Shown: in pieces, positions 45,055 to 55,850 of the stretch | How positions within the stretch are numbered: position 1 is the first letter of the stretch | Layout of the letters: every line of letters starts with the position of its first letter | Origin: Amoebophrya sp. A120 | Taxonomy: Eukaryota > Protista > Dinoflagellata | Length of the DNA stretch: 64,000 bases | Direction of reading: 5' to 3' | Assembly (NCBI GenBank): GCA_905178155.1 | Contig: CAJINV010000015.1 | Coordinates: forward strand, 758,955 to 822,954 | The notes under the pieces: generated by a model | Database searches by the model: none | What the model saw: only the letters and a program-made list of their open reading frames with translations | Told to the model about the DNA's origin: nothing | Made by a program: the position numbers and the translations under genes

Positions 45055-48000
45055 CTATTTCGGCGGCAACAAAAGCCTCTTCCCGCTAGTACCCGGCGGA
45101 CCCGCACCCGGCGGGCGGAGAAGGTTACTCCCACGGCCGGGAAGTGGAGGACTCGGACCTCCCATACTATCTCCCGTCAAAGAAATCGGGCCGCTCAAAC
45201 TATTGCTCGCGTTTGACATTCGTCCGGGACCTGCTGGTGAAGATCCACTCGGACTCATCGCATTGTCAAAGGCGTTGTAGGTGACTTTGCCGAGGAATTC
45301 CGACTTTAGAATGGTGTCGTAGGCGACCCACGAGTGCGCTTGATTGTAGATGTCGGTCGCGTCCTTGCCGATACCTGGAAATCATATGTGTTTGCGCTTA
45401 TACAATATTTGTGATGCAGATATGTATGCTGCAGACGCAACAAAATTTGTTTCAATTTGTATTGCATAGCATGCACGGTAGGCAAAATCTGTAATGCTGC
45501 ACGACGATGTTGACAATATAGTACCTCTCAACAGCTCTCCTTTTCCCCCGGGATGGTAGGCCATGTAGCTCGTGACGTCGTACACGTGTCCGCCCTATCA
45601 AATGCAAAAGTGTCTGGGTCTGGAAGAATGCATGTTTGTCGTGCTTGTCTGGCATGACTCTTAAATCTGTCATGCACGTTACCCAAGAGCCCCATTTTTC
45701 TGTGATGCAGAAACGCAGTTTGTCATGTTGGGAAGCTAAGGGCTGGGCGTCCCTGTCGTTCTCTAAACCTTAAAACGGTAGCCACTTACTCGACAAACTC
45801 TAGGTAGAATAAGTTTGGACAAAGTGATCACTACCGAGAGACAACAACAAAATAAAGGCTCCTGGGACGGCTGCGGTGTGAGCATTTGTTGCTATCTGGG
45901 TAGGGATAACGTTGTATGCAAACCTAAACACTAGCGTCAAGGGAGAAAAGAAAAGTAAAAAAGCGGTAAATCATCCTACTAAGACACAGTCCCAACTACG
46001 AAAAAACCCCTCTTAAAAAGTGAGGCAAGATGTAACGTAGTTGCGTTCATGGCGAGCAGCCGCAAACAAGGCGAACTGTCGCAGCGGACAAATGCAAAAA
46101 CGTCCGCAACCGAGGGAGCAGAGATGGAACCGCAAACGCCACCGACCGAGACAGCATCATATCATGCAAAAGGTCGGAACAAGCCCGAAAACACAAGGGC
46201 GGAGCAACTACATTACAAACCCCAAGACGGGAAATGTAACTATCTAACCCAAGCTAAAATAAGTAATAATCTACCTTAACTAGCACTACTTACTAGCGCG
46301 CGTCTAAACCGATCCACTTCATCCAGAAACGCAGTTTGTCATGCAGAATAGGCAACACCTAGAAGCTCAGAAGCTTGTCATGGTGAGCCAGCACTTGTGG
46401 CCTCATCATGAGACGCCACCCAGCATCACAAGTTTCCAGACCCAGACATTTTTGCACTTGATACGCCCAAAACCATCCACGCGTCGGACCTCTTGTTGTG
46501 CTTCTGCACCTCCGAGAAGGGGATTAGGATCTTGTTCTTCTCCTGTCTCCAGTTGGCCGGCCGCGTTTGCATGTCCATTTCCGCTTTGCGCATAAAGTCG
46601 AACTGATTCAACGCACGCGGGGCTTTCTTCCGCCCGATTGGCTGGTTGGAAGTTACGGGGGGTGGTGGGGATTGCCGAGGAACTGTAGCTGTACTACTAG
46701 TTTCTGGCACGTGCTGCTGGTTGTTTTGTGCGGATTGGGATTCAGCAGGACGCGCGGGAGGTTCTACAGACTCGCCTTCTTTAGCACTATTCCCCGATTG
46801 TGGTACCGGAAAGAACGCTTCGCCTTCTCCCCTGGGCTGCGCCCCCCGATTTCGTTCTCTAGCGGTCGCCGATGAAGAAGCTCCTGTGGAGGTCCGGTCT
46901 GGCGCGTTAAACGGATTTGTGTTGCTTGTTCCCCTACTAGATGAAGTAGTTGTCGCGGTGACCACAGGTGCCGGAGCGATGCTCATTGGGACGATTACTG
47001 GTGCGGGAGCTGATATTTTCACCATGTCGATATCTTCCTCTTCATCCTCATCGACGGAGCCAAATCGCGGCGACATCGACATTTCCGCCTGATAGGCGGG
47101 GCGGGTTGTCGATGATGATGACGATACTGGGGCAAAATAAGTGGTCCGGCCTTGTTTAGAAACACTGTCCAGGGCGATCTTGCTGCCCCCGGTGCTCGGG
47201 CGCGCTGGTGGTTCTGGTCCTCCTACATTACTGTAGCTGTTAGCCGCCCCCGTTGCAGCAACCGCAAACGGGTTAGAGCTAGAAGGTTGGTTGGACACGT
47301 TGGAATTAGCATACTGCCCACTCGTCCGGCTCGAGGAAGCGGTGCTAGATGTAGACCCCGGAGCCATCGTGCTATCCATACTGCCGAGAAGTGTCGTATT
47401 ACTTTCATCGGCAACTGCACCTTGTCCTGAAATCGCGGCATCGCTTGTCGCTCTCGTTGCGTTCTTTACCGGATGATCATGCCGTGATTGCGGTCCAAAT
47501 CCTTGCGATTCCGCAGAAGAGGTCCTCTCGAACGTAAATCCATCTTCTTCTTGTTGCTGTTGATCACTACTCCTGTGGGAAGATGAGAGTGTGCTTCCGG
47601 TTGACGTAGTCGCTCTTTCCGGCACTACATCAGAGCCACGCCATTGATCTCCCCCTCCTCCAGCAGGTTTTCGTTCATTTGTTTGTCCTCGGTGCTGCTG
47701 TTGTTGTTCCTCTTCCTGTTGCTGGGCCTGCAACATCCCCCCAAGTAAGCCGCTGACGAGCACTTTGGGCTGTTGTTCTTGCTGTGGGAGCTTGATCATG
47801 TTTGGAGTACTTTTATCCTTCGAAAAATCCGAGGACCCTCGGCGCGCGGCAGAGTTGTTGTTGGTGTCCAGCAGATGTGAAGATCCACGACCTTCCCTGG
47901 TATAGAGACGAAATAGGTGATCTTCAGCACTGTTCTTATCCCTAAACAAATTCGCAGCATACCGTCGGGATTTGCCTTTTTTTTTGCGCCAACGCAGGCG

Positions 48001-49754
48001 CTGCAGTTTTTATGGTCGCGCCTGCGTAGAAGTGCTGTTGCCTCCCCTGGTGGGTTTTTGCACGCGGCCCAGGCGTCGTTCTAGAGGAACCAGCAGGCAT
48101 TTCAGCACCCCGGCGAGCCTAGACCTAGACTAATGAGGCCCCCCCACTGCGCAGATCGACGCGCCCAACGGGCACTCACAACACAGCCATCCGGCGCAGG
48201 CGAGCATCTTTTCCGCGGCCCCGGGCCCTACGTACTCGCAACCCAAAAAAGGCCGCAAGCCGGCTCGTGCGGACTTGGTGCGCAGGCCCCTCGTGACCCC
48301 TTGGAACTCTTCAAGCGCAACCCAATCTCCCACCCACCGCCCCACTCACTCACCGTTGGCACCGCTTTCGCGGCGATGGTGGACGCACTGGCAGAAGACC
48401 TTGAAAGCTTCCCGCCTGGTACTCGTTTGAACGCTTCGGAGGGATAGATAAGAACACCTACTGCAACGCCCTGGCATTGATGTTTTGGCATGAAGCAGAG
48501 TTGGAGCTTCTGCGCCAAATGTTCCCGTTCTCGAACACTGCTGCTCTTATCCTCCACGCCGTGCATAGATAAGAACACGTTTGTAACGACCTGAAATTGG
48601 TGGCTGGCACGAAGCAGAATGACATCTTCTGCGCCAGAGGTTCCCGTTCTCGCAAAAATGCTGTTCTTATCCTCCAAATGGTGCATAGATAAGAACATGT
48701 TTGTAACGACCTAAAAGTGGTGTTCTTATCTATGCACGAACAGGAGGGATAAGAACAGCACTTTTGAGAGAACGGGAACATCTGGAGGAGAAGCTTCAAT
48801 TCTGATCGTCCAATCATCTCCGTGCATAGATGAGAACTTCTTTATCTATGCACGGAGTTGGAGGATAAGAACAACAGAAAACGAGAACGGGAACATTTGG
48901 AGCCGAAGCTACAACTCTGCTTCATCCCAAAACACCACAGCAGGTCGCTGCAGTAGTGTTCTTATCTATGCACGAGCGGGAACGTGCGCAGCTGAAGCAC
49001 CATCTTTGCTTCGTGGACGTGGTCCCATAGCCATATACATATCATTTTATGGAGCCAGCGCCCCACCGGTCCTAATTTAGGACCGACGGCACGGCGCAGG
49101 CACCAAAGACAACACCGGAGGGGCCATCATCTGCTGCCTGACACAAAGAGAGACGAGTGGGCGCGCACACTGCCGCGGCCCGGTGCGACCGCCGGCGTAG
49201 CCCCGGCTTGGGGGGGCTCTTTGGGTGGGGCATCAGCTCGCGCCCGGGCGCGCGAACTTGGACGCAGTGGCCGGCGGTTATTCTGTCAGTGTGCAGAGCG
49301 TTCCCTGGCGCATGAGCTGGGGCTGCGCTAAGCACGAAAGCGCGACCCTCTGGATGATGCGCGGCGAAGGCTTTGGATAGCCCTGGGCGGTGGCGCTTTT
49401 GTTAGCCTCAGACACGCCAGGCCTTGCCTAGAATAAAAAAAGCCCACGAATCGCGACGGTATGGCGCGACTTTTCTTAGGGATAAGAACACGCGGGAAGA
49501 TCACCTTTTTCATCTCTATACCTGGAAGCAGTTGCCGTTGAACTTGACGCTGGTCCTCCACCTGTTCCCGTTGCGCCGCTGTTGCAGTTCCCGAAGATCT
49601 CGTCCTCAGACGGGAGATCTACCTTATTTTCACCTAAATCGTTCATGCGATTCTCCGGGCTGTCGCCGCTGCTGAAGGTATCTTGACTGAGTCTACGGAA
49701 TAAGTGATTCGGGTGGAACCGGATGGGAGCAAATGGGTTGTTGGGGAGGGACAT
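45055..49754 (-). CDS. Cytochrome b5-like heme-binding domain protein (CYB5R4/Irc21-type domain) with long disordered N-terminus
   Basis: [32 protein letters not shown]...GKDATDIYNQAHSWV. The first exon (49521-49754) joins in frame across the 1.6-kb element (ASR|EGRG). Confidence 0.82.
45596..46463. mobile_element. Introner family B with nested 596-bp insertion (cyt-b5 intron)
   Basis: Family B TIR; DR cgccc; removal gives [12 protein letters not shown]. Confidence 0.9.
45728..46323. mobile_element. 596-bp insertion with a 20-bp flanking duplication, nested in a family B introner
   Basis: cagaaacgcagtttgtcatg occurs at 45708-45727 and 46324-46343. The sister copy at 53500-53751 has one copy and no insert. 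Confidence 0.75.
47901..49520. mobile_element. Large (1,620 bp) long-TIR introner / non-autonomous DNA transposon
   Basis: Ends TATAGAGACGAAA...TTTCATCTCTATA, ~80-bp imperfect TIR, DR cctgg; removal restores the frame of the host gene. Confidence 0.85.
48440..48975. repeat. Foldback array of GATAAGAAC/GTTCTTATC-containing units inside the large introner
   Basis: Direct ~120-bp units on the left and inverted units on the right, with the axis near 48700. Confidence 0.75.
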
Positions 49755-50221
49755 GCTTATCTTCTCTGCGGTTCTTCTTCTTGTTCTCCCCTGATAATGA
49801 TGCTCGCAATTCTACTTGTTCTGGATGTTGATGTCCCGCTTGTTCTCATTGCACGACCTGATTCTTCTTCTTCTTCACACGTAGTAACCGCTACGGTAGT
49901 ACCACCATCAAGTTGCCCTTCATCTATTTTCAAGCTTGTATAACGGCGGCTTTTATTGCTATCTTCGTAAGTACGAAGTAAATGGTTGCAAGAATCCGTA
50001 CTTAGCAAATTTGCTTGTTGTCACGAGTTAATCTCTTTGCTCTGGAAAGCTCGTCAGATCGAAAAGCCACTCATTCTTTTTCCACAAGTGTGGCCCTCCT
50101 TTGCTCCCAGCTCCGCTAGTGCTGAGAAAAAAAACAATTATTTTCTAAATTCCCGCTGACTCCGTTTTGACGAAGAAGGAAATCACAACTCCTTGTCTTG
50201 TTTCTCTTTCTGTACTCCCGC

Positions 50222-50692
50222 TCAGTTTTTCTTCTTCTTCGATGCGTTCGTTGTAGTTTTCGCTCCCGTATTCGTAATCTCAGCCACGCCCTTTTTCACC
50301 GCAGGCGAAGCAGTGCTGGAATTCGTACTGTTTGTGAGCAAGGTTTTCTCCTGTTCGGTCAACTCAAGTTGTGACGGAGTTGCCGTGCCCTTGTCCTCAA
50401 GAAGCTGCGGGTCTTCGACTTGAAGGTCCTCCTCGTCTGCCGCACCCGTTTCTCCCTCGACCACCTCGGGCTCGCCCAGGTAACTTGGGTTGTTGGTGTG
50501 CAGCCAAAAGACTAAGCTCAAAAACCCGAGGGTCAGAAACACGTACTCGGTCCAATCGCTGGCCGTGCCCTCCCAGCCGTGTCCGATGGCCCAAATCGAG
50601 AAATTCGGCGGGCGCACCTGGGCAGTATACTTCTGCTGCAAGTGCTCTTGGTAATTATTGGAAGACGCTGCTGACGCGGTCGGCGGGTCCAT
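50222..50692 (-). CDS. Small single-pass membrane hypothetical protein
   Basis: Single-exon ORF from MDPP with one hydrophobic segment (YVFLTLGFLSLVFWL), on the same strand as its neighbours. Confidence 0.5.
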   Translation of the reverse strand: MDPPTASAASSNNYQEHLQQKYTAQVRPPNFSIWAIGHGWEGTASDWTEYVFLTLGFLSLVFWLHTNNPSYLGEPEVVEGETGAADEEDLQVEDPQLLEDKGTATPSQLELTEQEKTLLTNSTNSSTASPAVKKGVAEITNTGAKTTTNASKKKKN

Positions 50693-52582
50693 GCTGGGAG
50701 CTGGGGAACTGAAGAACAGCCTAGTGCTGCTCTTCACGAGATCTTCGATGCTGTGACGCACCGAGCAAGGGAACAAGTATCTTCTTTAACGGGCGAATCA
50801 CCTCAATAACTTGGAATTTTTTAGTTTTGTCACTGCTTGGTCACAGTATTAATAGAGGTTCTGACTTTACACTCAATCTTTAAAAAGAACTTCTATGTAT
50901 ACGTTATGTGCTGCAAGCGGAAGACAAAAATCTTGAAAAAATCTCTGAGCGGACAACTCGTGCTGATGCTACGAGCGTCGCGGTAGTGAAACAGCTACAG
51001 CGATTCGTTAATAAAATCGGTACTGTAGCTGAATCTGTTGTATTTTGACTATGTGTTGAAGATGAAGAAGTAGAAGAAGAACTTCTAAATCTAATCGTAG
51101 TGGTCGGGTAATGAGGTGATGTAATAGAGTCGTGTCGTTGCTGTGGGACCTGCTCGTGTGTTTTTATTCAAGACAACAAAAAAATCATGGTACGATTCAT
51201 GTGGTTCTTCCTCGGGTTCTTCTTTGCTCCGCCATAGGCACATATATATTTGTGCAGAACTCTGTACGTCCTGTTAATGATCTTCGTTCCTCTCGATGGA
51301 TCTGCTGCTGGTGGCAAGTATAATGTTAGTGTTACCATTTCTGGAAAAATTTTGGTGCTTACTTCGGATCTCCACGAACAAGGAGCAAGCACACACCAAT
51401 CACGAGTCTGAAGCCCACTGTGAAGATTTCGCTGCTGGTTTATTTCGCAAGAAGATCGTTGCCATAATATATCACGATCATCATTACCATTTGAGAAAAA
51501 ATAAATGGGCCCAAGGATATCGACAAACAAAGTTTGTTTGTCCGTGATATCTAGCTTTTCAAAAAATCTTTGTAGTGGATCACGCGCTCTACTTCATCTT
51601 CAAGTAGAACAATCCTCTGGAGCTCCTGCAGAATCTGAATGATCGCCGACGCTAGGACGCCGGGCTCCGTGACCGTGATTGAGATGCTACCTGCTCCACC
51701 AGAACACGGACAGAGAATGAGAAGCAAGTCAAAGATCCGTAGTTTTCTTTTATCGATCGAGTTCGTCGTCTGGGTAGTAATCTTCGAGTGTGTCTTGCTC
51801 ATCTTGAATTGTGTTTGTGATGCAGTCATGGATCATGGTACTCCTGCTCCTCGTGTTGTAGGTAACTCGCTCGAAGAGCCTCTGGTGGGGGTAAAAACAA
51901 TTGTTCCCGAGGAGCATAATGTTTCTTGCTGGGTGGAAAAAAACTGTCGCCGGGGGTGGTCGATCGTCTACTTTGTGTACAGGAAATTAACGAAAACAAC
52001 AGCGGCATTCTTGGTCGTAAAAAGCACGAGTTGTGAATCTGAATCTCAACAATCTTTTTGAAAACAATGAAAAAAAATCAAAAACCTCAAACGAATTGGT
52101 GTCAAATCTAAATATTCACAAAGCTTGTTGCAAACGAGGAGCTGCCGTCGTGCTCCCCGATTGATCTTGACGCCTCAGATTGATGCTCCACAGCAACGAT
52201 TTTAGTTGCAGGAGGATCTGCCAGGAGGTCGTCTTTGCTTCTTGTTCTTCTATAGTGTGAGCGTATACTTGTTATTGAAAAAGATAATGGTAAACGAAAC
52301 AGTCGCTAGAAAGCAGTTCCAAACAAAATGATCAGGAGTATATATCACAGTCATTTTTTTGCTTATCCTCCCCCGGATACTTGATGTTGTAGAAATCGCA
52401 GCGCAAGCCTGTTTATTGACTTTATTGCGGCCAACAATTTCAAAATTGTAGTAGTCACCAATTTGCTCAAAACAAAGAAGTCTGTAAATCCTGAGTGATG
52501 TATACTCAACTTTTCTACCAAACCTTCTTTCAAAAGACCCAGATGTTGTTCCTTTCTTCCCCAGCACCACGAAACAACAACT

Positions 52583-54751
52583 CTAGTTGCAGCAGCCCCC
52601 GCCGACCGGTGCGCCGGGTCGCACGCCCGGCTGCAACCCGATGCCGCCCGTTCCGGTGGACTTGGGCTGCGACGCGATTTTCGTTTTAATCTCCGAGGCC
52701 ATCAGGTTAAAGGACTGCTCGACGTTATGGCTGTTCTTGGCGGAAGTCTCCATAAAGTTGATTCCGAGCGAGTCCGCTAGCTCCTTTGCCTCGTCGTACG
52801 AAACAACCTTCTTAGACTGCAAATCGCACTTGTTACCCACCTGATAGGTTTTAGATTTCGATTTTTACGCATGATGATGGTGATGATCAAATACTTTCAG
52901 TGACGGAATATCAGCATTAGAAATGGTTTGAATCAACATGCATGCACAGCATGACAAATTCATTTCATTTGTACCAGCAACTTCTTCACGCCATCCGCTG
53001 CGTACTTTTCTATCTCTTGTACCCAGAGTATCCATCGGAAAAATTGCCATCTACCCTGTCGCTGTCTGTGTCTGTCATGCGCATTGATAATGATAAATCG
53101 TATTCGATACTTATGCACTTGCAGTTGCACATGCATCTTGTTGCCTCCTTTGCATGATAAATCGACGCTGTGGCCTGCTTTGTTACTTCTCCGCATGACA
53201 GATTGCACCAGAAGCAGTTGGCAAGAATTTTCCGCAGGATAAAGTGCTTCACGTTGTTGAATGATTCTCGGTCAGGGTATGGATTGGAAAAGATCAAGAT
53301 TTGCGTAGTCGTACTACCTAGTACTAGAAAACGCAACATGACAAGTACTAGAAAATGCAGATGGAGTGGAGCTGGAGCCAGAAACTTGTCTTGCTGCATT
53401 TCATTACATACATGATTCAGTTCAAAAAATACTCTGTGATGCATCATCGCGCCTCTCACTTTTCCACTTCATACCGTGACATCGTACACGATGATGATGT
53501 ATCAAATGTAAAAATGTCTGGGTCTGGAAACTTGTGATGCTGGGTGGCGTCTCATGATGAGGCTACAAATGCTGGCTCAGCATGACAGGTTTCTGAGCTC
53601 CTAGGTGTTGCCTATTCTGCATGACAAACTGCGCTTCTGCATCACAGAAAAACGGAGCTCTTGGGTAACGTGCATGACAGATTTAAGAGTCATGCCAGGC
53701 AAGCATGACAAACATGAATTCTTCCAGACCCAGACATCTTTACATTTGATATGATGCCATGTGCACCCCGGTAGTACGATGATGTGATGGTTTATGCAAG
53801 ACAAAAACTCTGTGAGTGTAAGTCTGTGATGCAGAAAATGCAAAATTGTATACACTTGTCATGCTGGATGTGCGTCATAGGCTACTATCATACGTATGTT
53901 CACGTACTAGCTGCGCATGGCAGGTTTTCCCTGTAATGCAGAACGAATTTGTGATGCTGCTCTTCCTACAAAGTTACATCTACACAGTTTTTTTCCTGGA
54001 TATGGTTCGGAATCGCTCCTGACCGGCGGTATCCCACTGTTGTGTTTTCAGTTTCAATTGCTCAAGCGCAGATCGAAATTATGTATGTCTATAGTGTAGT
54101 GTCTAATACAAAATCAATTCAAATTAAGTACATCATGACAATGCATAAAGAAAAAAAACAAAAAGTACGATTTGCAGCTTGACTGTTTTCCCCTCCAAGT
54201 CGATTGTTCGAATCTTAAAATCCACACCAATGGTAGAGATGTAGGATTGTGTGTAGCTTTGTGGAACGGAAAAACGATTTTTTCTACCAGTGCCAGGTGC
54301 GCCGGATGTTGATCCATGTAGCTTCCTAGTGTAGTAGGTGTAGGCTAGGCTTTTCATTTTGCTTAGAAGCATGACAAACACAAACCGCATTTTCGAGCCA
54401 GTGAGTAGGTGAGTGATCCCAGTACACTGGCACGACAGAAGAAAAATCCGCTTTTCCCCTTCCATACAGTGTCGTCCGCAAACCGCAAAAGCAGACAACT
54501 TATCCAAGGAAAAAAGTGTCACAATTACACATTTGTAGTGAATTCAGCATCACAAACTTGCGCAAGCACACATGAAACGATGCTCGCAGGCCGCATCTTG
54601 CGCATTACAGAGGTTGTTTGTCTTGCGTGCTTTGCATAGACTAATATGAATGTGTGTAACTGTAGCACTTTTTTCTTTACATACAACTCTTCCCCACACC
54701 GCTGTCGCCGATCAGCAGCAGCTTAAACAGGTAGTCGTATTCCGGATTCAT
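52583..54751 (-). CDS. RAB1: Rab1/Ypt1 small GTPase (9 exons)
   Basis: [67 protein letters not shown] and C-terminal GGGCCN. Confidence 0.95.
53029..53241. mobile_element. Old/degenerate introner (Rab1 intron)
   Basis: TATCCATCGGAAAA...TTTTCCGCAGGATA; DR decayed to 3/5. Confidence 0.78.
53278..53473. mobile_element. Old/degenerate introner (Rab1 intron)
   Basis: TATGGATTGGAAAAG...CTTTTCCACTTCATA; DR 3/5. Confidence 0.78.
53500..53751. mobile_element. Introner family B (Rab1 intron)
   Basis: Family B TIR; DR tgatg; inverted sister of the 45596 copy. Confidence 0.9.
53793..54002. mobile_element. Introner, singleton family (Rab1 intron)
   Basis: TATGCAAGACAAAAACT...AGTTTTTTTCCTGGATA; DR tggtt. 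Confidence 0.82.
54260..54466. mobile_element. Old/degenerate introner (Rab1 intron)
   Basis: TGTGGAACGGAAAA...TTTTCCCCTTCCATA; DR largely lost; removing element+5 nt restores DDTYT. Confidence 0.72.
54501..54683. mobile_element. Introner, singleton family (Rab1 intron)
   Basis: TATCCAAGGAAAAAAGTG...CACTTTTTTCTTTACATA; DR caact. Confidence 0.82.
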
Positions 54752-55850
54752 GGTGTTTTCTTTTGAGGGTCGTGGTTGTCGATTCGTGTTGTAAGTTCAA
54801 ATTGGTTAGTCTTAGTTCTAGTCTTCTTCACCTCCGAAGAAGTGGATCCTCACTACAACTGACAAAGAGAATCAACACGTTGTGGCTGTGGGGCTACTTA
54901 TTCTGGATGTATGGTTACAAGGACGGCTCTTGGCAAAATTATGCTTCCTTTCTTTTTTGCTCTTCGATTTATCAGTAGGCGTAGCTTTGTTCGAACCCGG
55001 ATGAAATCTATGCGTCGTTGCAGTTGCCCCCCTCGTTCACTACTTTTAGCACCTAAATACGAGGGGGCAAGGAACAGAAGCTGTTAATATGTATCACCTT
55101 CAGCAAAATTTCTTAATATACAAGTAGCGGTTTCGGTTAACAAGGACACTGATACGAGTATCACAGTTGCGCAAAGGGAAAAATATTCATGACACTCTTG
55201 GTTTTAATTACGCTCAATAGAAAGCAAGCTGAAGGGGAGCAAAATTACTGAGGATGGGATTACCAGGAAGCGTGAGTAGTTGTAAATATCTTGGTATGAG
55301 AATTCGGGATTTGTCACTAGTGTTGGAGGAACCTGAAATGAGACGGATGAATGTCTTTTTCTTTCTTTTCACTCAGATTCACATACTAATTATCCTGGCT
55401 CAGAAGCGTGCACTTGTGATAGCTTCTAATATATCAGATCAATGATCTAGATCTTCCTCTGCTCGTTTGGAGTCGTTCTCGGTTTTTGGTGCTTCCAAAA
55501 AAAGGGAGCGTTCGTCGTATCGTTTGCCATCGGTTGCTCTTTTCACTCGATAAGATCTCTACTCTGTGGGGGTTATGGTAGTTCCTGTGAAGGTCTTGTG
55601 TCTACTGAACTCAGTCATGTGCCCCGTCTGGGGATGAACAAACAAAAAAGAGTCGACGCAGTGGAAAATTTTATTAATGATTGAGTTTCATTATCAGGTA
55701 CAGCATGTTGGTAAAGACATTGTCATTGGTGTAGTGCCTGAGAAGGCCGGGCATTTGTACTTTTTAGCATCTACACACGAAAATAAATCCTCTTCGACCT
55801 CTACAGCGACACCGCCACCGATTGCGTCAACACACGACATCAACCCCCGC

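Noticed and set aside
48130-48817. ORFs inside the 1.6-kb element as a transposase
   Set aside because: No recognisable DDE, zinc-finger or recombinase motif; they partly run through repeats. A sensitive HMM search is still needed.
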